Source: a virus
Strand: one strand, 5' to 3'
IMG/VR virus record: IMGVR_UViG_3300016472_001104
Coordinates: 28,042-92,041 of that record
Length of the DNA stretch: 64,000 bases
The notes beneath the pieces were generated by a model. It was not told the DNA's origin. It ran no database searches and worked only from the letters and a program-made list of their open reading frames with translations. Shown here one piece after another: positions 11,101-19,692 of the stretch (its first letter is position 1; each line of letters starts with the position of its first letter). The translations under genes and the position numbers were made by a program.

Positions 11101-11451
11101 ATCATGATGTTACGTAGCAAGAATCAATCACAAGGGTCAGATACACCGGGAACTCCCGGAATTGGAGATCTTCCTATGCGCGTCATTCCAGGCCAACTTA
11201 CGGTGTCAATGTTGGGGTGTCCGTTAGTAGAATACATGCAACAGTTCTTTGTTGACCTTGGAACAGGAACGTCAATTGATAACCTGTATAACGTTGTAGG
11301 AATAACTCACAACATCTCGCCTGGGAAATTCACTACCGAATTAAAGATGGGATTCTATGATGCTTATGGGAAGTACGAAGGTGCTTCATCAATCGTAAAC
11401 GAGATGGAGGCTGTGTTTGGTGCTATCAGCGATGCCTCAAAAACAAAATAA
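8113..11451 (+). CDS. Baseplate hub-like protein
   Basis: 1112 aa; C-terminal LTVSMLGCP...LYNVVGITHNISPGKFTTEL resembles hub (gpD/gp27/VgrG-like) C-termini; follows the LysM gene. Confidence 0.55.
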   Translation: MADVDLKELTGIYRSFSTINDITSEYISTKTSVNTDYVNNLLKILFPTSLTFHSGLSLWKKFTEIASDSEKKLSKLVRFYYFEPNQTNSSSAISSWYSEKGGRPSTYAYPSINKDQKNKNQPEYSTGSSLSEMMDPDVVEKFKSKVSMILVDTPAIDLKLRNADKVEIFANYFPSVMMSQTVPYLDVKFITQKDVITNPNSKIIEKDGKQILLTGGFDFLSPIGFLKGKGIFSGISNDLMYSAYSTYYDKHGSVPTRPPSTSNNDPPSVGKNSLMQQVSTGIEMFTMPQTLINMDDVDKVNPRYNPILNLTVPFGAIQSVSINAVPSYSVFSFKTAALTMKIFDRSRLNEIAEILNPILYSKTTVLLTYGWRAPAQPHNVQLQNKYHNFINGTMMKSETYGIRNSSISIDNSGVVNVTLDLFTKGTAELRDVTPTSGTENYNTQQNELLQRFEDIKRLAEKLNIVSIKSAGEDIRGSMLLGAALGGGFPQMSEYDAFYDFNKLQNSLRLQSNEKTKKDSEKLIKLIKDLYITTADLRPNNNGQLLQQQFNAGGDQNQVKTYFQGKATNTVYKQQQEIQNAAKKIIKSRFESLKKNKIDFFSYIPKLDKQQKDSQEVKIANHPLLNLTDNIVKELANAKGDVNSFLGSIKSDYGDFGNLSFGKVLLTYITSACQNIDPNAIAEEYQLFFYNMNENAGLVANLNIAEFPIEMSRLEDAYTKRVVEQRGENMTLLNFLEIVRESQFSDIRHPAFGFADLYEKKQGTEDLILKEKWGAQTLDANFILTTRVANANKGTGEPFCQPTIDFYVESGYSQSDSNQNIEDLLVGFDKVSNEKIFRKSQPEKIIRIHIYDKAASPHQLATSMLKSQKGFIRKTGKYKQTQPVNPPNPPAKPLSKEQQQQKTQAEASALQKKNQEISQITESAKNGDLSLLNSRNEATGEPVRYENISFRDANGNPRFDLLKKEISRFVPTLIVGSEGSMITNLSYSTNQDSALSTIMMLRSKNQSQGSDTPGTPGIGDLPMRVIPGQLTVSMLGCPLVEYMQQFFVDLGTGTSIDNLYNVVGITHNISPGKFTTELKMGFYDAYGKYEGASSIVNEMEAVFGAISDASKTK

Positions 11452-11504
11452 AACATGCGTGTTGTTTTTGTGAAAATTCACATGTTATTTGTTACAGTTA
11501 GGCT

Positions 11505-12701
11505 GTGGATGTACTTTTTGATAAATCATTGATTGGCTCTCAAAAACATTTACTGTTTTCTAGCGATGGATTTTCAAGACATGAAAAAACGATCGATGGT
11601 GCATGGCATCTGAGTGGTCACATCAAGCCTACATCAACGTTTTGTTTTGATACTGTTTTGCTGTTAAATTCAGCAGGCCAGATTCCCAAGGTTCCAGATC
11701 AATATAGACGTTGTATGGAAAAGTTAGCGCCTGATCTTTTATCACCACCTTGGTCAATGATAATTCCTCCTGAAATTTACAGAAATTATATTGATGATCT
11801 GGTCAACTATGCCAAGAAAAATTTAAACATTGACGTTGGGTATTATAAGACCGCATGGATTCCCGGTAGCCACGTTTTAAATTCATTAAAACCGGCAAAA
11901 GTTGATGGTGCAAGAATTACTGAAATAATTAATTCGGGTGCTCATAACTCACATATCGCTGAGACCTTTAAACCAAGATCCGGTGGTTATGCACAACCGG
12001 TTCTATACAATAGATTCTCAACGGTGACCGGAAGGTTGACTGTTGAATCGGGACCTAACATCTTGTTGTTAAAAAAAGAATATCGTGACGTTATTAAACC
12101 CTCTGATCCCAATGGAAAGATTCTTTCACTTGACTTTTCCTCGCTGGAGGCCAGGATACTCCTATACGAATCAGGAAATGATTGTGTTGAACAAGACCTG
12201 TATTCAACACTAGCAAACCGATTTGGTGGAATGCCACGTGATCTAGTGAAAGCCGCAGTGCTTTCTGTCTTGTACGGTTCATCAAAATCGATGGTTGCAT
12301 TGAACCTAGGCGTCACCGAATCAAAGGTCAATGATATTGTTCTTAAGATAGAGGAATACATTGACACAAGATCATTATTGAAAAGATTAAAATCGCAGTT
12401 GTCTTCAACGGGACACATCACAAATAAGTTTGGAAGAAAAATCAAGATCGAACGTCCTCAAGACAACATTCTTGTCAACTACTACGCTCAAAGCACGGGT
12501 GTTGATGTATCATTGATGGGATTCTCAAAAATCATTGAAACCTTAGGTGGCGAAGGAATAAGACCGATCTTTGTTTTACATGACGCACTCATCCTTGACG
12601 TTCACGGTGACAGGGTCAATGATGTGTTGAACGTTTCAAAGACAACAGTACCAGGATACACACAGACCTTCCCAATAAAGGTCGATGAAATTACGAGGTA
12701 A
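11505..12701 (+). CDS. Minimal family-A DNA polymerase-like protein (polymerase domain only)
   Basis: TVTGRL, motif A LDFSSLEARIL, motif B RDLVKAAVLSVLYG, motif C LHDALIL; no recognisable exonuclease domain. Confidence 0.8.
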   Translation: MDVLFDKSLIGSQKHLLFSSDGFSRHEKTIDGAWHLSGHIKPTSTFCFDTVLLLNSAGQIPKVPDQYRRCMEKLAPDLLSPPWSMIIPPEIYRNYIDDLVNYAKKNLNIDVGYYKTAWIPGSHVLNSLKPAKVDGARITEIINSGAHNSHIAETFKPRSGGYAQPVLYNRFSTVTGRLTVESGPNILLLKKEYRDVIKPSDPNGKILSLDFSSLEARILLYESGNDCVEQDLYSTLANRFGGMPRDLVKAAVLSVLYGSSKSMVALNLGVTESKVNDIVLKIEEYIDTRSLLKRLKSQLSSTGHITNKFGRKIKIERPQDNILVNYYAQSTGVDVSLMGFSKIIETLGGEGIRPIFVLHDALILDVHGDRVNDVLNVSKTTVPGYTQTFPIKVDEITR

Positions 12702-12762
12702 AAAACTGTATCGTAATATTTTTAATTTTTTATAACCAAGAAATAATTATTTTCGGGAGGTC

Positions 12763-13686
12763 TTGTTGACCATGGAAATAAATTACATCGTTTATTGTTA
12801 CAGTTGTCATTGTGAAAAGTGCCTGGGTAAAGACATTTATGTTGGTAAGTCAAAGTACGGATTAGAAAATAGACACAACGGTCACGTAAAATGTGCTAAA
12901 AGAATTTTATCTGGTAAAGGTAAGCCCAAAGATATTAGATTCGATTATTTTCTTGCCAAACATGGAATTGAAAATTGTCATATTAGAGAGCTGAAAACAT
13001 TTCTCACCGAAGAAGAGATGAATGATGGAGAAATTCATTTAATTCAAGAAATGAAAACAGATATTTCATTTGGCGGAATGAATTTCGACGTTGGTGGGAA
13101 AGGAGGTCGAAAAAAAGGACGTTATAAAATGTCTCAACAGGCTAAAGAAAATTTGAGCATATCGTTAAAACAATATTATTCTCACAATAGCTTTACCCAA
13201 GTTGCTAAAGATCATCTTTCAAATTTGGCAAAAAAAAGACATGAAGATGATCCTGAATTGGGAAAGAGAATAAATCATTCATCATGGGAGACAATTAAGA
13301 AAAAATGCCTTGAAGATGAAGAATATAATGAAGCATTTAAAAAAATGCAACTTAAAAAAGCGAACAAGGGTGGTCAAGCATTTTTAAAAAAATTAGAAGA
13401 TGAAAATTTTAAACAAGATTATTGCGAAAAAGTAAGTGAAGCAGTTTCTACGTGGTGTGAAGAAAACAAAGAAAAAGTTAAGCAAAGAGCAAAAAAAATA
13501 GCAGAGAATAGATTTGCTAACGGAGGGTGGATCGAATCTGTTAGGGAAGCTAACAAAAAAGTTACAAAAGAAGAGTACAAAAAAAGAGTAAAAAAGGGTT
13601 GGGAAACACGCAGAAAAAATCTTTTGAACAAATTAAAAGATTCCGATGATAATCAAGAAAATGAAACAGAGACAATTGACTCCTGA
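12763..13686 (+). CDS. GIY-YIG family homing endonuclease-like protein
   Basis: IVYCY...IYVGKS...RHNGH...E...GMN catalytic pattern followed by a Lys-rich helical DNA-binding tail; AT-rich; GGAGG upstream. Confidence 0.75.
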   Translation: MLTMEINYIVYCYSCHCEKCLGKDIYVGKSKYGLENRHNGHVKCAKRILSGKGKPKDIRFDYFLAKHGIENCHIRELKTFLTEEEMNDGEIHLIQEMKTDISFGGMNFDVGGKGGRKKGRYKMSQQAKENLSISLKQYYSHNSFTQVAKDHLSNLAKKRHEDDPELGKRINHSSWETIKKKCLEDEEYNEAFKKMQLKKANKGGQAFLKKLEDENFKQDYCEKVSEAVSTWCEENKEKVKQRAKKIAENRFANGGWIESVREANKKVTKEEYKKRVKKGWETRRKNLLNKLKDSDDNQENETETIDS

Positions 13687-14287
13687 AGAAATTGCTGCGA
13701 ATTTTGATAAATTTAGATCATTATGTGAAAAACTTAGTGATCGCTCAGAAGTAGCGCTGAAGATGGTAGATTCTCTTGGTGAACAATTGGCATTGTGTCC
13801 CGCTTCATCTAGGACCGATTTTCATAATTGTATGGTAGGAGGTCTTGTCGAACACTCTCTTAGGGTTCTTTCAAATGCTATGAAGTTAGTGAAGACATAT
13901 GGGTGGGAGGTTTCAAAAGAATCGTTAATTATCAGTTGTTTGTTCCACGACATTGGAAAGGTTGGATTGGCCAACGATGATGGAACTGTCACTGATTACT
14001 ACGTTCCGCAAGATTCTGATTGGCATCGTGAAAAGTTAGGTGAGTTCTATAAACACAACAAAGACATGCAATATATGTCAACCCCTCAACGAAGTGTGAA
14101 CATGTGTCAAGCATTCGGTCTTAAATTGAAAACCGATGAATATCTTTCAATTCTTCTTAATGATGGATTCGTTCTTGACGAGAATAAGCCATACTGCTTA
14201 AAGACAAGTCCACTAGTCTTTACAGTGATGACCGCAGACTATATTTCTACAATGCAGGAAAAAGTCGGCGGTGCTTGGACACCTTGA
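13661..14287 (+). CDS. HD-domain phosphohydrolase
   Basis: HNCMVGGLVEHSL, LFHDIGK and terminal TAD motifs. Confidence 0.85.
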   Translation: MKQRQLTPEEIAANFDKFRSLCEKLSDRSEVALKMVDSLGEQLALCPASSRTDFHNCMVGGLVEHSLRVLSNAMKLVKTYGWEVSKESLIISCLFHDIGKVGLANDDGTVTDYYVPQDSDWHREKLGEFYKHNKDMQYMSTPQRSVNMCQAFGLKLKTDEYLSILLNDGFVLDENKPYCLKTSPLVFTVMTADYISTMQEKVGGAWTP

Positions 14288-14301
14288 CCATATTTAATTT
14301 C

Positions 14302-14586
14302 ATGGATGATCAACTTAGACATTACATCAGAATGATGCTGCAAGAAATTCTTGCAGAGATGAAAGATGACATTCATGAGGATGAGGACAATCTAAAAGAA
14401 TTTAGCGCGGTTGGCGCAGGTGCAATACAAGGAGTTCCAGGCGTACCTGGGGCTTTATCTATTTCTGATCCCGGAGGACATTCCATTGAAGGGCCACAGG
14501 CTCCTCTAGGAAAGAGTTCCGATGAACCAATTCCGGGAACGAAGAAGAAAAAGAAGCATCGCCGCAAAAAGCCAAGTTGGTCGTGA
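14302..14586 (+). CDS. Hypothetical protein with shared N-terminal motif and basic C-terminus
   Basis: MDDQLRHYIRMMLQEIL; ATATTTA 5 nt upstream; KKKKKHRRKK tail. Confidence 0.6.
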   Translation: MDDQLRHYIRMMLQEILAEMKDDIHEDEDNLKEFSAVGAGAIQGVPGVPGALSISDPGGHSIEGPQAPLGKSSDEPIPGTKKKKKHRRKKPSWS

Positions 14587-14699
14587 ATTAATCAGTTGAA
14601 CACATAAAAAGGTTAGTGGTAGGGTACAAATTACCTGCACGGTGCAGGGTGATATTCCTGCCACAAGTTAGGAATAGGAAACGGAAAAGGAAAAACAAA

Positions 14700-15542
14700 A
14701 TGGCTATTGATCTAGAAGCAATTAAACGTCGTGTTGCAGAGCTCTCGGGTGTTAAGAAGACCTCGTCGGTCCAACTTTGGAAACCCGGTCTTGGAGAACA
14801 CAGGGTTCGTTGTCTACCTTGGAAGAACGCTCCCGATGGGCAACCTTTTGCTGAGCGATGGTTCTATTACATCGGTGAGAATGCAGGTATCCTGGCACCG
14901 AACCAGTTTGGTAAACCAGATCCCATTAATGATTTGATTCGTAAGTTGTACAGCAGTGGTAAGCCGGACGACCGCGTTCTTGCCAAGAAGTTGCAACCGA
15001 AGATGCGCTGTTACGCACCAGTCATCGTTCGTGGCGAAGAGGACAAGGGTGTTCAGGTGTGGGCGTTCGGTAAGCTTGTCTACCAACGTATGCTTGGGTT
15101 CTTTCTTGATGAGGATGTGGGTGATATCCTTTCACCGACAGAAGGCTTTGATCTAAAGGTTTCAATCACGAAGCAGCCAGGCAAGCAGTTCAATGATACA
15201 ACAGTTGATCCTGCCCGTCGTCCAACAAAACTTCATGATGACTCAAAGCAGATGGAGACATGGCTTAACTCGATCCCAAATCTTGATGATATGTATCGTC
15301 TTAAGTCAACCCAGGAAATTGAAACAGTTCTAAACAACTGGCTCAATGGTGGTTCAACCGGCGATGCAACACCAGAATTGTCTAGGGGACCTGTTACGAC
15401 TGATGCTCTTGACGATTTGGTTGCCGAGGTAAAGTCAACTGCAAATGAAAAACCTTCACCAAAGAAATCAAAGAAGGATGACGGTGACTCGAAGAAACAA
15501 TCTCTTGATGATGCATTTGCAGATCTCATGAGTGACGAGTGA
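14700..15542 (+). CDS. Single-stranded DNA-binding protein, T4 gp32-like
   Basis: LWKPGLGEHRVRCLP, GVQVWAFGK, GDILSPTEGFDLKV, acidic C-terminus LDDAFADLMSDE; lies upstream of recA. Confidence 0.8.
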   Translation: MAIDLEAIKRRVAELSGVKKTSSVQLWKPGLGEHRVRCLPWKNAPDGQPFAERWFYYIGENAGILAPNQFGKPDPINDLIRKLYSSGKPDDRVLAKKLQPKMRCYAPVIVRGEEDKGVQVWAFGKLVYQRMLGFFLDEDVGDILSPTEGFDLKVSITKQPGKQFNDTTVDPARRPTKLHDDSKQMETWLNSIPNLDDMYRLKSTQEIETVLNNWLNGGSTGDATPELSRGPVTTDALDDLVAEVKSTANEKPSPKKSKKDDGDSKKQSLDDAFADLMSDE

Positions 15543-15560
15543 ATTAAACTGAGGTAAAAT

Positions 15561-15591
15561 AACGCCGGAAATCAAATAGGTTTCCGGCGTT
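15561..15591 (+). terminator. Stem-loop after ssb (probable terminator)
   Basis: AACGCCGGAAA...TTTCCGGCGTT perfect 11-bp inverted repeat. Confidence 0.7.
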
Positions 15592-15630
15592 TGTACTATT
15601 TTCCATGCAAGGTAGATAATAACAAAACGT

Positions 15631-16821
15631 ATGGCAAAAAACAAAGAAGATACGACGGTTTCAAAAAAGGGTGAGGTTGATTTTGCTGCCGAGCTGATCA
15701 AGGATATCAACAAAGAATTTGGTTCTCGTATCGCATACAACCTCGCAGAAATGGATGCACCAACTATCGTTAAGCGATGGATTGACACTGGATCTATTCA
15801 ACTAAATTACGCGATTAAAAACGCATTTGGTGGAGGATATCCTGAAGGCAGAATCATTGAAATTTCTGGTTTGCCATCATCAGGCAAGTCTCACCTTGCA
15901 TATCACGCTGCTTCAATCGTTCAGAAACAAGGTGGATTAGTCGTTTATATCGACACCGAGAATTCGGTGCCCGTACAGAAGCTTTCAGACATGGGAATTG
16001 ATGTTCGTAAACGCTTTGTTTATTGCGATTCTCACTGCACTGAGGAGGTATTTTCTATCATTGAATCAACAATCGTCAAGGCGAAGCAGATCATTGAGAA
16101 GAATGTACCGATCCTGGTTATCTGGGACTCTGTTGCAGCGACTTCTCCAAAGGCAGAGTTGGAAGGTGAATACGATCAAAACTCAGTAGGTCTACAGGCT
16201 CGCGCTATCTCGAAGGGGATGCGTAAGATCACAGGTGTCATCGGCCAGAACAACGTGACGTTGTTGTGTCTCAATCAACTTCGAGACAACATCGGTGTGA
16301 TGCACGGCGATCCTGCGGTGACCCCCGGTGGAAAAGCGATTCCATTCCATTCATCTGTCCGCATTCGTCTAGGCAGCGGAAATCAAGTGAAGGACAAGAA
16401 CGGTAATCCGATTGGTATCCATACGACAGTGACGATCAAGAAGAACAAAGTAGCGCCACCGTTCCGCAAGCTCGAGTTCGATATCATCTTTGGTAAAGGA
16501 ATTGTCGAAGATGAGTACCTCTTTGACGAGTGCAGGTCGCACTGCAAGGAGAACGGCCCCGTGAAGAGAAAGGGACACATCATTAATGTTTCTGGTGAAG
16601 GTGCCTGGAAGGAGCTCAGCGTCGTCAACGAGAAGACAGGTGAGGTCGTCGTTGAGAAGAAGTTCTACAAGTCTGAGTTTGGAGCGATGATGAAGGATGA
16701 AGTATACTCACCTTTCCTCACTGAGGTGATCGACGCAGCGCTGACTCTCACGGCAGGTCCACCAGCGGCAGAAGGTGAGGTTGACGATAACGTGACAGAC
16801 GATGGAGGTTCAGATGCTTGA
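15631..16821 (+). CDS. recA: RecA/UvsX recombinase
   Basis: GRIIEISGLPSSGKS Walker A, YIDTE, VIWDSVAA, LNQLR, TPGGKAIPFHSSVRI, KNKVAPPFR. Confidence 0.95.
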   Translation: MAKNKEDTTVSKKGEVDFAAELIKDINKEFGSRIAYNLAEMDAPTIVKRWIDTGSIQLNYAIKNAFGGGYPEGRIIEISGLPSSGKSHLAYHAASIVQKQGGLVVYIDTENSVPVQKLSDMGIDVRKRFVYCDSHCTEEVFSIIESTIVKAKQIIEKNVPILVIWDSVAATSPKAELEGEYDQNSVGLQARAISKGMRKITGVIGQNNVTLLCLNQLRDNIGVMHGDPAVTPGGKAIPFHSSVRIRLGSGNQVKDKNGNPIGIHTTVTIKKNKVAPPFRKLEFDIIFGKGIVEDEYLFDECRSHCKENGPVKRKGHIINVSGEGAWKELSVVNEKTGEVVVEKKFYKSEFGAMMKDEVYSPFLTEVIDAALTLTAGPPAAEGEVDDNVTDDGGSDA

Positions 16822-17263
16822 AAAGCCGATAAACCCAGTGTGGGTCAAGGTTCTAACTGAAAATGACACTCAGATACCCCAGTATCAAACGTCTGGATCT
16901 GCAGCTTGCGATTTAAGATCGACGGACTCCGTCGTGGTTCCGCCGTCTTCAAGCGTGATAGTTGGAACAGGTATCAAGTTAGAAATGCCAAGTGGCTTCG
17001 GCGCAATGGTTTGTTCAAGATCAGGTCTTGCTGCGAAGAACGGTATCCACGTTTTAAATGACCCAGGTCTCGTAGATCAAGACTACAAAGGGGAGATAAA
17101 GGTCATCCTACACAACGCAGGAAAGGACGAGTTTATTGTCAAAAAAGGTGATAGGATTGCCCAACTTTTATTTTTCCCGATTTTTCAAGCAATATTCCAA
17201 AAGGCACCAGAGCTGATCCAAACAAAAAGGGGCGAGGGCGGATTTGGAAGCACAGGGGTTTGA
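16814..17263 (+). CDS. dut: Trimeric dUTPase
   Basis: SAACDL, RSGLA, GLVDQDYKGEI, GDRIAQL, RGEGGFGSTG; GGAGG upstream of ATG 16814. Confidence 0.95.
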   Translation: MLEKPINPVWVKVLTENDTQIPQYQTSGSAACDLRSTDSVVVPPSSSVIVGTGIKLEMPSGFGAMVCSRSGLAAKNGIHVLNDPGLVDQDYKGEIKVILHNAGKDEFIVKKGDRIAQLLFFPIFQAIFQKAPELIQTKRGEGGFGSTGV

Positions 17264-17264
17264 A

Positions 17265-18242
17265 TTGAGCTCAGAACATCCAGTATTGATTGTTGACGGT
17301 AGCAACCTTTTTATTCGTAGTTGGGCAGCATACCCAACCATGAACAAGAACGGAGAACCGATGGGAGGTTGCATCGGTTTCATGAAATCCTTGCAAAGGA
17401 TTTGTAGAGAAATACAACCATCACGTGTATACATCGCTTGGGAAGGCGGTGGTTCCCAGCGAAGAAGGAATTTATATTCTGAATACAAGCTGGGCCGCCG
17501 CCCAGAAAAATTGAATAGGTTTTATGGAGATGACATACCTGATTCTGAGGAAAATAGAAAACATCAACTGATAACGTTGTTGGGAATGTTAAAGTTTTCT
17601 CCGGTGTGTCAGGTTTATGTTTCTGACTGTGAAGGTGATGATATCGTTGCGCACCTATGTAGGGGACCGTTCAGGCGACAAGAAAAAATCATCGTTTCAT
17701 CCGACAAAGACATGTACCAATTGCTTGATGAAGTAACTAAAATTTACAGTCTTCACAAGAAAAAAATTGTCACTTCAGAAGAGATATTTGAAGAATATAG
17801 GATTAAGATGCACAACTTTGCGATTGCAAAAGCAATTTGTGGTGATCCTGGTGACAACGTTCCTGGAATCAAGGGCGTTGGTTTTAAGAAGCTTTCCTCA
17901 AAGGTTCCTGTTCTTGGTGGAGATGAATTGATCCTACAGGATGTGATTGATTTTTGTCAATCGAGAATCGATGAATCGATTATTTATCGTCGCATCGTTG
18001 AAGGAGTGGACGATATCAAAAGAAATTGGAAGTTGGTCCACCTTGATGGTAGCATGTTGTCAGCAGATCAGGTTTCAAAGGTGCAATATGTTATAGATAC
18101 ATTCCATCCTAAGGTGGATAGGATCGGTCTCATTCGATCGTTGGTCAAAGAGGGAATAGAAGGCTTTGACGTTGAAGGGTATTATTACGATCTTAAGTGC
18201 CTCGTTGTGAATAACCAGGTGACCGGAGAAACAAATGTCTGA
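17265..18242 (+). CDS. 5'-3' exonuclease / flap endonuclease (T4 RNase H-like)
   Basis: LIVDGSN, YKLGR, EGDD, SSDKDMYQL, GDPGDNVPGIKGVG. Confidence 0.92.
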   Translation: MSSEHPVLIVDGSNLFIRSWAAYPTMNKNGEPMGGCIGFMKSLQRICREIQPSRVYIAWEGGGSQRRRNLYSEYKLGRRPEKLNRFYGDDIPDSEENRKHQLITLLGMLKFSPVCQVYVSDCEGDDIVAHLCRGPFRRQEKIIVSSDKDMYQLLDEVTKIYSLHKKKIVTSEEIFEEYRIKMHNFAIAKAICGDPGDNVPGIKGVGFKKLSSKVPVLGGDELILQDVIDFCQSRIDESIIYRRIVEGVDDIKRNWKLVHLDGSMLSADQVSKVQYVIDTFHPKVDRIGLIRSLVKEGIEGFDVEGYYYDLKCLVVNNQVTGETNV

Positions 18243-19668
18243 ACAAGATAACAGAACAATGACCAAGGTATCTTTTGGAACCTATGGTAAGTCATTTCAA
18301 GAAAAAATCATGCAAGCTTTGTTAACTGACTGGAAGTTTGCAGAGCAAATGACCGAGGTTTTTGACACTTCATATTTTGAGTTGAAATATCTTCAATTTT
18401 TAGCAGATCGATATTTTTCTTATTCTAAGAAATACAAAGTGTTTCCCACCCTACAGTTGCTTGCTACGATCATTAAAGAAGATCTTAAGGTCGGAACCGA
18501 TATGATCCTTAGGGATCAAATCATTGATTACCTTCAGCGTATGAAGGCAAATCCAGATGCCGGAGATCTTCAGTTTGTTCGCGAAAAATCACTTGATTTT
18601 TGTCGAAAACAGGCTCTTAAGGCAGCACTTGAAAATGCCGTAGATCAGATGCAAGCAAACAAGTATGAATCGATTGTTGAGTCTATCAAGAAGGCGGTTC
18701 AAGTCGGTACTGCCCCATCTGTCGGTCATGATTTCTTTAACGAGATGGACGCAAGGTTTACACGTCTAAAGCGTGATACTATTCCAACAGGCATACCAGA
18801 GCTTGACAAGAAAGAACTTCTCAATGGTGGTTCTGGAAAGGGAGAGCTACTATGCGTTGTCGGAGGTAGCGGTTCTGGTAAATCACATTTCCTTACAATG
18901 ATAGGAGCAAACGCCATTCGTCACGGAAAAAATGTGCTTCATTACACGTTTGAATTGTCAGAAACAGCTGTTGGCATCAGGTATGATTCAAACCTTTGTG
19001 ACATGGATTCTAATGAAGTCATGGATCGAAAAGATGAAGTTAAGAATTTTTATGATTCGACCAAGGGTCTTGGTCGGTTGTTCATTAAGGAGTATCCGAC
19101 AAACACTGCCTCTATCTTTACGATTCGATCTCACGTTGAAAGGCTTGATTTAAAAGGATTTAAACCTGATATCATAATCATTGACTACGCAGACATCATG
19201 AGGTCAACACGGCAGTTCGATTCTTTACGTCATGAATTAAAGCTTGTTTATGAAGAGCTTCGTGGACTTGCCATGGAATATGGTATCCCAATTTGGACTG
19301 CATCGCAATCCAACAAGGAAGGTGCAAATGCCGAGGTCATTGACATGACCAACATGTCTGAGGCGTATGGAAAGGCCATGATCTGTGATTTCATCATCTC
19401 AGTTTCCAGAAGAACACATGAAAAGGCAACTGGATGGGGAAGGTTGTACGTTGCAAAGAACAGGGCCGGAAGAGATGGCCTTGTCTTTCCTGCAAAGATC
19501 AATACGGCAAGGTCACAGTTTGAAATTGTTGGTGCCGCCGATACGCCTGAAGCAACTGCAGTTTCAGATGATGAACAGCAGAAGAGGGCCTTACGTGCAA
19601 AATGGCAAGAATTAAAGAAGGAATTTTCGGTTCAAAAGCCTAGTACTGTAGAAGCAAACGTTATATAA
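18235..19668 (+). CDS. Replicative DNA helicase, DnaB/gp41-like
   Basis: GGSGSGKS Walker A, YTFELSE, IDYADIM, IWTASQ, KNRAG. Confidence 0.92.
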   Translation: MSEQDNRTMTKVSFGTYGKSFQEKIMQALLTDWKFAEQMTEVFDTSYFELKYLQFLADRYFSYSKKYKVFPTLQLLATIIKEDLKVGTDMILRDQIIDYLQRMKANPDAGDLQFVREKSLDFCRKQALKAALENAVDQMQANKYESIVESIKKAVQVGTAPSVGHDFFNEMDARFTRLKRDTIPTGIPELDKKELLNGGSGKGELLCVVGGSGSGKSHFLTMIGANAIRHGKNVLHYTFELSETAVGIRYDSNLCDMDSNEVMDRKDEVKNFYDSTKGLGRLFIKEYPTNTASIFTIRSHVERLDLKGFKPDIIIIDYADIMRSTRQFDSLRHELKLVYEELRGLAMEYGIPIWTASQSNKEGANAEVIDMTNMSEAYGKAMICDFIISVSRRTHEKATGWGRLYVAKNRAGRDGLVFPAKINTARSQFEIVGAADTPEATAVSDDEQQKRALRAKWQELKKEFSVQKPSTVEANVI

Positions 19669-19692
19669 TTACTTTTCCACTAAGGATCATAT

